Virus record (IMG/VR): IMGVR_UViG_2061766007_000587
DNA length: 54,073 nucleotides
Strand: one strand, 5' to 3'
Origin: an uncultured virus (IMG/VR IMGVR_UViG_2061766007_000587)
Taxonomy: Duplodnaviria > Heunggongvirae > Uroviricota > Caudoviricetes
Shown piece after piece: positions 30,143-38,053 of the stretch (positions are counted from its first letter, which is position 1; each line of letters begins with the position of its first letter). The position numbers and the translations under genes were made by a program. Below the pieces are notes generated by a model that was given only the letters and a program-made list of their open reading frames with translations, had not been told where the DNA came from and made no database searches.

Positions 30143-31603
30143 CTACACTTTCGTTTGAATTATATCAAGTAACCGAACCATAGCCATTGTATCTTGACCA
30201 CAGTATTCATGCAGATTGGACATCATTTGTTTGGTCTGTTCTGGTGTTTGGTTTCCCGTCATAAAGGCCATAAATTGTTCTGTAGCTTCGGTTCCATTAT
30301 GTATTCCCAAGTTTTCATAAGACATGTCTGGAACAAATGCTGGTAATGTTTGTTTGATCGAGGCACTGCCATGCTGACACGGACGGTATAATCCACGTTC
30401 ACGAAATGGTATCAACAAGTCCACAATACGAGAGTTAATGGCTTGTAGCTGATCTGCATATTCTGAGAAATCTCGTGCCATTTCGCTGTTACGTGCATAT
30501 TCAAATCCTTGGTTATAAACTATCACAGATCCAGTATCACCTATAGTTTCTATCAGTTTGTTTATCAGTCCTGGTCTTGGATCTGTATTTTGATCGTTAT
30601 GCAGGTATTCATAGTGTTCAAGTTCGCCACCAGGTTTTCTTTGTACGTGCAGCGAGAATTGGAAGCATATTTGTTGGTATGGTCTGGAATTATCAAACAT
30701 AGGTACAGCAGGCATAATTGATTCATAATCCAGGAAATAAAGCGGCCACTGCAAACCATTCACAAAATCACGTAAGATATCCTTGTTTATAACATCTACA
30801 TTGTCCAAGAAAGCTTCTATGTCACCAGCATGCATTTGTCTATTACGGACCTCTGCTGGAACATTATGTAAGTCAGCACCATATTTGGAATAAACTTCAT
30901 CAGCCAAAGCACCCTTGAAAGCATCGAATACAGAATATTGAGGTACATCTTTCCAGCAATGACATTTATATCCACATTCGTAAAACTTATTGCATTTGGT
31001 CTTTGATATGGCGATTCCTAGTTCCGGTCCGTCTAAGATTTCTCTAATACGATCAACTTCACGCTGCACAGTTTCCATGTCTTGCAGATCTTCAGTCACA
31101 TCATGTAGGGCAAACAATTCTTCAAGATTCACATCCCCATGACGAACATATTCAGGATTCAGGGTCATAATAAAACACTTCCTGACATTAACTCCACATT
31201 TAGCGAACACATACCGTTGAAAGGATGCATCAATATAGTGGTAATCATGAGGCTTGCTGGTCGATTTTACTTCTATAATATCCCAGGTTCCATCATTGTT
31301 GTTACGTAGAATATCGGCTGCACAGTATTCGCCTGTTTCTGTACCTAGTGTAGCCTCATATATGTATGGTTCGTTTGCCTTGATCGCATCCTGAGTACTG
31401 TAAATTGCTTCATAATCCCAGGGCATAGCAGTTATTACCTTGCCACCTGGAAATCTATTTTGGGCAAGTATTCCTATCTCTGTACCACGATCCAATACGG
31501 CCTGGTTCATTTCTGGTTGCAGATCTTTACGATATTTTTTGAACCACAACGCATTAGGGCATTTTATTCCAAGTACATAATCTGATTTCGATATTCTAAA
31601 CAT
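30143..31603 (-). CDS. DUF2779-type protein (Cas4-like PD-(D/E)XK N-terminus plus RNase H-like domain)
   Basis: ISKSDY...C, ADIL...IIEVKS, C-x5-C-x4-C cluster, LYFLDYE, FQFSLH, YCGQDT. Confidence 0.8.
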   Translation of the reverse strand: MFRISKSDYVLGIKCPNALWFKKYRKDLQPEMNQAVLDRGTEIGILAQNRFPGGKVITAMPWDYEAIYSTQDAIKANEPYIYEATLGTETGEYCAADILRNNNDGTWDIIEVKSTSKPHDYHYIDASFQRYVFAKCGVNVRKCFIMTLNPEYVRHGDVNLEELFALHDVTEDLQDMETVQREVDRIREILDGPELGIAISKTKCNKFYECGYKCHCWKDVPQYSVFDAFKGALADEVYSKYGADLHNVPAEVRNRQMHAGDIEAFLDNVDVINKDILRDFVNGLQWPLYFLDYESIMPAVPMFDNSRPYQQICFQFSLHVQRKPGGELEHYEYLHNDQNTDPRPGLINKLIETIGDTGSVIVYNQGFEYARNSEMARDFSEYADQLQAINSRIVDLLIPFRERGLYRPCQHGSASIKQTLPAFVPDMSYENLGIHNGTEATEQFMAFMTGNQTPEQTKQMMSNLHEYCGQDTMAMVRLLDIIQTKV

Positions 31604-31685
31604 TGTTTCTTCCTTACCCTAGGTATTATATCCTATATTTGCTGTATTTTCAATTTGTTGTAGTTGATGGTATCGCACGCAAACT

Positions 31686-32495
31686 TTATTCCAAAATAAA
31701 ATTCATTGTATCGCCAACATTAATGTCGTTTTTCTCACACTGACCAGCTTTCAATTCCAATACATACGCAACATTTTCACACGATATTCTTTCACGTGAT
31801 AAAGGTTTGGCATTTTTGTGGATTTTTATTATTTGGTTGTTGCTATCTATAAAAACAAAATCTACAGATATTCTAGTTTGTGGTGTAAACATTATGACTT
31901 CGCCTTTATGTTTTATATGATCGTATACAGCACAAAAATTATCTGGAATATCATCCAAATGTGCCAATCCCCATTGTGAACCAAGGCTATTATGTTTCAA
32001 GAATATACCATTGTAGTTATAAACTTGTTTTGCACTTGTTGTAATACTCACCTTACAGTTTGTTTCCATATGCAACAATGTTTCGTGTGTTCTTTTGATA
32101 ACGTTATCTTTTGCCATGGGTTCCAAAGGATAAAAATCTGCAGCGATTATATCTGCTCGTTTTATATTTCCCTTTTCGTCTGAGGTGGCCACAATAACAG
32201 CGTGTCCACCATCTGGACTCGTTGAATTTGTTATCAAGAGAAGCGGTTTTCCATCTCTTTTATCTTTCATCATAGCAAACTCTGTGGCAATTACTCTTGA
32301 TGACATATACCACAACTTGCTTTTGATATATTCTTCGTATTGTTTTTTTGTTTCTATTTTGCTTTCAAAACGCCACATTGTATCGAATCCAAAATCATCT
32401 GGTATCAATTTGAGTAAATCATGTGCATTATGTGTAATATATGTATTAGCTAAAACACGTAAAAAATGTTCTTCTTTGGAGTATTTGTCAGTCAT
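31686..32495 (-). CDS. Protein with C-terminal DUF192-like domain
   Basis: C-terminal VDFVFIDSNNQII...AYVLELKAGQCEKNDINVGD. Confidence 0.7.
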   Translation of the reverse strand: MTDKYSKEEHFLRVLANTYITHNAHDLLKLIPDDFGFDTMWRFESKIETKKQYEEYIKSKLWYMSSRVIATEFAMMKDKRDGKPLLLITNSTSPDGGHAVIVATSDEKGNIKRADIIAADFYPLEPMAKDNVIKRTHETLLHMETNCKVSITTSAKQVYNYNGIFLKHNSLGSQWGLAHLDDIPDNFCAVYDHIKHKGEVIMFTPQTRISVDFVFIDSNNQIIKIHKNAKPLSRERISCENVAYVLELKAGQCEKNDINVGDTMNFILE

Positions 32496-32560
32496 GTTTA
32501 GGTCCTTTGTTTCATCATGATTATAATAAATATTTTTCGGTATTCCAATGTGTTGTAATA

Positions 32561-32617
32561 AAACACGACCAATTTTGACGTAGTTGTCTTGTCTTATGGT
32601 TCAAATTGTGATATAAT
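32561..32617 (+). promoter_or_regulatory. WYL gene promoter with adjacent palindromic box
   Basis: AAACACGAC-N7-GACGTAGTT, then TTGTCT (32589)-17 bp-TATAAT (32612). Confidence 0.65.
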
Positions 32618-32645
32618 GTTGTTGAGAGAACAAAGAGGGAGTATT

Positions 32646-33653
32646 ATGGTTGCTGTACGTGATGATTATCGTAAATTTTCTGAATTACTGGATTTTATTC
32701 AATTGCTATGCAGACCAATGAATGGCGTGACTTATGAAGAAATCATGGATGTCATGCATTGCAGCCGAAAAACAGCGGAACGTACTATCAAATTTTTGAC
32801 TGAACGATTTGGTGAAGCTATGGTTATTACATCGGATCCAGCAAACACAAAACAGCATCGGTTCCGTCTTGAAATGCCGGATGATTTGCCACCAGAATAT
32901 ATTACCACGAAAGATATGTTGGGGTTGAATGCTGCTGCCGGGCGGATCAAGAATGGTGACATTCGGAAAAATCTAGAATCTTTGGAATATAAACTAAACC
33001 GGATGATCCAAACAAAAAAATCTATCCGAGAATTGAACGATATGGAAGCTATGATCCTATCACGAACCAATACTGCAGCACCATATCCTTATATCAAAAC
33101 AGACGAAAGAGTCCTTAATGCTTTACAATATGCTGTTATAGCTTTTACTAAAGTACAGGTTACATATAACTATCGAGAAGGAAAATCTGAACGTTATACA
33201 TTATGCCCTCTCGGGTTTCTGTATGGTCATAGCAATAATTACCTGGTTGCATATAAAGATGGCGATAAAAAGACCATCAAAACGTATATTTTGGGCCAGC
33301 TGAGCAATGTTGAACTGACCAATAAACAGTTCAATCCTGGTAAATTTGATATTAGAAAATACGCTATGGAATCATTTGGAATGTACCACTCTGATAACGG
33401 TCCTTTTGATGTTGAATGGTTGGCTGATAAAGATGTAGCAGAAGCTGTTGCACGTTATAATTTCCATCCAACACAGCAGCTTATCAGGAATAAAGACGGT
33501 ACAACAACAATCAAAATGCGTGCGGATGGTTTTTATGAGATGTCTTGGTATTTGTTTCAATGGCAAGGAAAGATCAAACCAGTGGCACCAAAACTATTAG
33601 TAGATACATATTATGAGCTTTTAAATAACCTTGTAAAGAACAGCAAGAAGTAA
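32646..33653 (+). CDS. WYL-domain transcriptional regulator (wHTH-WYL-WCX)
   Basis: N-terminal HTH (SRKTAERTI); LCPLGFLY...NYLVA WYL core; FHPTQQ...WYLFQW...VAP WCX tail. Confidence 0.9.
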   Translation: MVAVRDDYRKFSELLDFIQLLCRPMNGVTYEEIMDVMHCSRKTAERTIKFLTERFGEAMVITSDPANTKQHRFRLEMPDDLPPEYITTKDMLGLNAAAGRIKNGDIRKNLESLEYKLNRMIQTKKSIRELNDMEAMILSRTNTAAPYPYIKTDERVLNALQYAVIAFTKVQVTYNYREGKSERYTLCPLGFLYGHSNNYLVAYKDGDKKTIKTYILGQLSNVELTNKQFNPGKFDIRKYAMESFGMYHSDNGPFDVEWLADKDVAEAVARYNFHPTQQLIRNKDGTTTIKMRADGFYEMSWYLFQWQGKIKPVAPKLLVDTYYELLNNLVKNSKK

Positions 33654-33718
33654 GTCATTTTTGGTCGCAGTTATATCTTACATGTTTGACATTACGTTTT
33701 ATCGTGATATGTTTGCCG

Positions 33719-33945
33719 GTATAAGCAAAGCACCCAACTCCTGACGACAAAACGCTAGGCAGGTTTTGCGTAGCACCTAGGGCTGTACAAAACTCCCTTT
33801 CTGCACCTTTGCTTATATTCAAGCTGACTAAGGGTGTAAAATTTAACTGCTTAAGCCGAGTTCGCAGCGGCACCTTAGGGACGACTTGTTAAATAAAACT
33901 AGCAGATTCCCGCCATTGTCTGCGGTTCTCTCTGCTAGTTTTTTT
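33719..33945 (+). ncRNA. Putative structured non-coding RNA (unrecognised family)
   Basis: TTGACA (33686) plus TGnTATGTT; 11-bp stem 33720-33730/33807-33817; second stem 33820-33888; terminator hairpin 33895-33945; no credible ORF. Confidence 0.6.
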
Positions 33946-34057
33946 ATTACTGAAACGCGGAATAATAACTAAGTCATTTTTGGACGTGGTTGTGTGTCCT
34001 TTGTTTGATTTGTAGTGATATTGGCTTATAATTACAATGAATTCAAAAGGATACAAA

Positions 34058-34648
34058 ATGACAAAAAGGACAATATCAGAAAGCCAAAATCTAATGTTGC
34101 GTTTGGCCATTGATGGTCTTTCTGAGTATTTGAAATTCGGTGAACCAGAAAAAGTCGAAAATGTAACCATTGAGACCCCTGGTAAGGTAATGTGGTTTGA
34201 TATAGACATGAAAATATCTGCAGGTTCTCAGCATTGTTTCTTTAGTTTTATGCCGGCAGTCAATAGTATTTCTGATCTCTGGTGCTTTCTTGAACATATG
34301 ATTGTACATCCACGTTGGCCCAGTGTATATTCTAGTGAACAAGAAGGTCCTGAAGCTATATTTTTTGTAAAACCTAATGGCGACAATATAATTTTGACTA
34401 TTTTAGAAGAAGGCTGGTACGAATTCTCTTTACCTATGGATGAAAAAACGCCTTATAATAAAGTGTACAATGATCATTTTTCTGTGAAGTTGCATATCGA
34501 CTGCCCTAGGAAGAAATTTATACAAGCAATGTATAAAGCATTAACTACAATTGATTATCCAACAGGGTCAGAAGATGACATTGAACATCAATTATGGGAT
34601 GGGGCACAAAAAGACAGCGAAATTGTAAAAAAATACTGTGAGGAATAA
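34058..34648 (+). CDS. Hypothetical protein
   Basis: AAGGA RBS; upstream TATAAT at 34027. Confidence 0.7.
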   Translation: MTKRTISESQNLMLRLAIDGLSEYLKFGEPEKVENVTIETPGKVMWFDIDMKISAGSQHCFFSFMPAVNSISDLWCFLEHMIVHPRWPSVYSSEQEGPEAIFFVKPNGDNIILTILEEGWYEFSLPMDEKTPYNKVYNDHFSVKLHIDCPRKKFIQAMYKALTTIDYPTGSEDDIEHQLWDGAQKDSEIVKKYCEE

Positions 34649-34649
34649 C

Positions 34650-35384
34650 ATGCCAAGAAAGGATATAGATTTTCATCAATTTATAACTCCACGGGACTAT
34701 CACTATAACCCAGCCGATGGTCTTTGGTATGATGTTGATACGGAACAACCGCCAGTACCAACAACAAGTAGTACATTAGATAACAACTTTACGGTAGAGT
34801 TCTTTAATGGCAATTATGTCTGGGATGAACCAAATACGTATGATGAATTTGCCCAAGATGCCCAAGAAGCACTTCAAGGATCCGTAGGTGGCCCAGGCTT
34901 TACTTTTACATTTACCAATCAAAAGAAAGAGAAAGTATGTTGTTATTTTCAATCGTGGCTTTTATGGGACTTTGATGATTTTATTCAACAAGTAAAAGAT
35001 GGTAAATTTGCAGCCATATATATTGAACCATATTCCGACTTGAAATTATTAGTTTGGCCATTAGAAAACAATAAATTACGTGTTATTATCCAATGTCAGA
35101 GGTATGACGGAGCATTTTACACTGGCCCCATAACCACGATAGACCCAAAAACACAACGTGGATATAAGTTTTTAGAAAGCGTACTGGACGTTATAGCCGA
35201 TAAGGATCAATTTGTTACTGCTTTAGAAAATGCCATAACTCAAGCGAAAGATGATCTGAGAACAATGATTGTAAATTATGTAATAAACGACAAGAATTTA
35301 TCAGCAACCAACATTCTTGGAACATCGGACAAAATCCTTTATTTAGCAGGTAAAATGGGATTAGAACCTATGATCAAAGACTAA
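34650..35384 (+). CDS. Hypothetical protein
   Basis: GAGGA RBS; coupled to the previous ORF. Confidence 0.7.
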   Translation: MPRKDIDFHQFITPRDYHYNPADGLWYDVDTEQPPVPTTSSTLDNNFTVEFFNGNYVWDEPNTYDEFAQDAQEALQGSVGGPGFTFTFTNQKKEKVCCYFQSWLLWDFDDFIQQVKDGKFAAIYIEPYSDLKLLVWPLENNKLRVIIQCQRYDGAFYTGPITTIDPKTQRGYKFLESVLDVIADKDQFVTALENAITQAKDDLRTMIVNYVINDKNLSATNILGTSDKILYLAGKMGLEPMIKD

Positions 35385-35416
35385 AAGTGGACCTTGAAAA
35401 GGGAAACAGAATAACA

Positions 35417-35755
35417 ATGAAAAAAACAATTGAATGGAATGATATAACAAATACAATTATATGCTTTTTTATAACAGTCATATTTTTTGTAGTTGTTAGC
35501 TTTTTTGTTCCTATCCCTTTCCCTGATGATGATGGAGAATGGAATGAACAATTAGCGACCGAGTGCATTGCTCAAAAGATAGAAAAAGGTTATCCAGAAG
35601 ATTTTGCCAAAGAATATTGCAGAGATATAAGTTTGGGGTGTGCCCGAGGTAGAATTTATGAAGAAAATTGTGATCCAGAAGTAAAATGCTGCTTCGTGAC
35701 GATCGAAGAAGATAAAAAATGGAACTATCTGGACTATGATAAAAAAGGAAAATAA
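35417..35755 (+). CDS. Membrane-anchored Cys-rich hypothetical protein
   Basis: One N-terminal hydrophobic helix; six Cys in the C-terminal domain. Confidence 0.65.
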   Translation: MKKTIEWNDITNTIICFFITVIFFVVVSFFVPIPFPDDDGEWNEQLATECIAQKIEKGYPEDFAKEYCRDISLGCARGRIYEENCDPEVKCCFVTIEEDKKWNYLDYDKKGK

Positions 35756-35773
35756 TCATAAAAGGAGTATTAA

Positions 35774-36568
35774 ATGTTATTTGGAGCTATCATTGGTGAT
35801 ATTGTTGGATCTATATACGAATTTCATAACATCAAAACCAAAGATTTTCCGTTCTTTAGTCCCAGCTGTTCTATTACTGATGATTCTTGTATGACTATTG
35901 CCGTTGCTGCCGCCATAGATGATTGGAAGAAAAAGAATGGTGGTTTGTCTGCACTGGCAATAAAACACATGCGTGAAATAGGAACCAAATATCCGCACAT
36001 GGGGTATGGACATGGATTCGCACGTTGGCTTGTTTCTGAAAAACCAGAACCATATAATAGCTGGGGCAATGGGGCGGCAATGCGTATATCTGCCGCTGGC
36101 TGGGTTGGACAAAGCATAACAGAGGTGAAACGACTTTCATATATGGTTACGTCTGTCACTCATGATCACATAGAAGGTATCAAAGGGGCGGAAGCGACAG
36201 CAGTAGCAATATTTTTGGCCAGAACAGGTAGCTCAAAGGAAGAAATAGCCAGGTATATTACACAGAATTATTACGATTGGTGTTCATCTGTTTCTGAATT
36301 ACAAGAAAATTACAGTTGGGACGGGTCTTGTCAGGGGACAGTTCCGCCAGCTTTACAATGTTTTTTTGAATCTGAAAGCTTTGAAGATGCAATCAGGAAT
36401 GCAATATCTATAGGTGGGGATAGTGATACCATAGGTGCGATAACCGGTGCAGTAGCAGAAGCTTATTATGGTATTCCTGACGATATGATTGAAAAAGCTA
36501 AATCGTATATCCCAGAAGATCTATTGCAAAAAGTCATAGAATTAGAGAAGTCGATTTCAAACAAATAG
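35774..36568 (+). CDS. ADP-ribosylglycohydrolase (DraG/ARH family)
   Basis: GAIIGDIVGS, TDDS, SWGNGAAMR, GGDSDTIGAITG. Confidence 0.93.
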   Translation: MLFGAIIGDIVGSIYEFHNIKTKDFPFFSPSCSITDDSCMTIAVAAAIDDWKKKNGGLSALAIKHMREIGTKYPHMGYGHGFARWLVSEKPEPYNSWGNGAAMRISAAGWVGQSITEVKRLSYMVTSVTHDHIEGIKGAEATAVAIFLARTGSSKEEIARYITQNYYDWCSSVSELQENYSWDGSCQGTVPPALQCFFESESFEDAIRNAISIGGDSDTIGAITGAVAEAYYGIPDDMIEKAKSYIPEDLLQKVIELEKSISNK

Positions 36569-36702
36569 GTGAGATAAACCACATGAGTCTTTTTAGCATT
36601 TTACTTATTTTATGGATACTTGGGGTCTTTGATGACTAATTTTTAGGAATAAATACATACCGGTCCTATTGAGTTCTATTATATGTACAATAAGGATCAA
36701 AT

Positions 36703-36906
36703 ATGAAAAAAAATACAAATCCATACAATATGCACTATAAACACCGGAAAGATACAGACACAGTCGAGGTATATCGAGATCCTAATAAATTCAGACTCTA
36801 TTTCCAGGGAGCAAAATCAGCAAGACACGTCAATGACAATATAGAAGTTATTACATCATTGGATCATAAAATTCGGGTGGACCAGTGGGGGATCAGGCAC
36901 TGGTAA
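36703..36906 (+). CDS. Small hypothetical protein
   Basis: AAGGA RBS; 67 aa. Confidence 0.5.
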   Translation: MKKNTNPYNMHYKHRKDTDTVEVYRDPNKFRLYFQGAKSARHVNDNIEVITSLDHKIRVDQWGIRHW

Positions 36907-36970
36907 AAATGAACAAGTTTTGTGCACTTATTTACTATCGGTGTATAATCTGAACAAATAAGATAATTAT

Positions 36971-37049
36971 AAAAACTAGCGATATAATTTAATATATCGC
37001 TAGTTTTTTGGTCAAAAGTAGCGATAAAAGTAGCGATAAAAGTAGCGAA
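36971..37049. repeat. 16-bp inverted repeat plus three 12-bp tandem repeats sharing TAGCGA
   Basis: aaaaactagcgatata...tatatcgctagttttt; aaaagtagcgat x2 then aaaagtagcgaa at 37014-37049. Confidence 0.85.
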
Positions 37050-37162
37050 ATAAAGAATTTTACTCTAATATATGCCAAAGTTGAAAAATATAATAATAAA
37101 TGGTGGTTATATGTTGGTTTAAACATTGTTGATTTTTGTGAAGTTTTTAGTAAAATAAAACC

Positions 37163-38053
37163 ATGCAAAAAGACACAAATGATTTGTTTTCACGCATCAT
37201 TGTTCGGCAGTATTTATTGCCAGATAGTGAACGTGGTATAAATAAATCAAATTTATCTACGCACGTTGATCATTGTTTAAGTTGTAATGATAGCGAACAT
37301 TTGAAAGAGCTGATAGGGCTGTCTTTAATAGATTATTGTTTTGATGAATTTGAACAGAAAAATAAAGATGTTAAATCTCTTTTAAATATAGCTTTGAATA
37401 CAAGAGTAAAAATAAAACTTGAATCAGATAATGAAAGTGCATTGTTAAAGCAAGGCTTCTTTGGAGAGGCGTTGTTGTATACACTGTTGCTATCATATTT
37501 TGGGGCTGGTACGTTAATCTGTAGGGGCAGATTGTTTAATCCGGCTTCTCGAGGAGAAACTCCTGGATATGATGCATTTCATATAATTGAACAACAAGAA
37601 GAGCTTGATTTGTGGTTTGGAGAAGTAAAATTTTACATGGATTATAAAGATGCCATAAAGTCTGTTGTTGAAAGTATGAAAAAATCTTTGTCTGTAGAAT
37701 ATTTGCATACGAATTTAATGGCAATTATAAACCATGAAAATTATTTGCATAATGCTAAAATGACAACTATTTTGAATAATTGGAAAGACAATGGTTTTTT
37801 TGTGACTCTTGATGATTTGATAAATAAAGAAAACATAAAATTAGTATATCCCGCATTAATAATATACGATGACAGGAATATGAACTATGATGAGATTATA
37901 AAGAAATCTATACAGGCAATAAACGAAGAAGCAGAACAACATAACATTATTATCCCCGGTTTTTGTTCGGTTTTTTTTGTTTTGTTGCCTATATCTGATA
38001 CCAGAAAAACTAAATTGGATGTTATAGAATGGATAAAAACAAAACAGGGTTAA
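37163..38053 (+). CDS. hamA: Hachiman HamA (DUF1837-like nuclease)
   Basis: GFFGEALLY...GYDAFH...LWFGEVKFY motif set; overlaps the helicase gene. Confidence 0.8.
   Translation: MQKDTNDLFSRIIVRQYLLPDSERGINKSNLSTHVDHCLSCNDSEHLKELIGLSLIDYCFDEFEQKNKDVKSLLNIALNTRVKIKLESDNESALLKQGFFGEALLYTLLLSYFGAGTLICRGRLFNPASRGETPGYDAFHIIEQQEELDLWFGEVKFYMDYKDAIKSVVESMKKSLSVEYLHTNLMAIINHENYLHNAKMTTILNNWKDNGFFVTLDDLINKENIKLVYPALIIYDDRNMNYDEIIKKSIQAINEEAEQHNIIIPGFCSVFFVLLPISDTRKTKLDVIEWIKTKQG

Noticed and set aside
33738..33790. Hammerhead ribozyme (CTGACGA followed by a stem)
   Set aside because: The required GAAA after stem II is absent (reads CGTAG)
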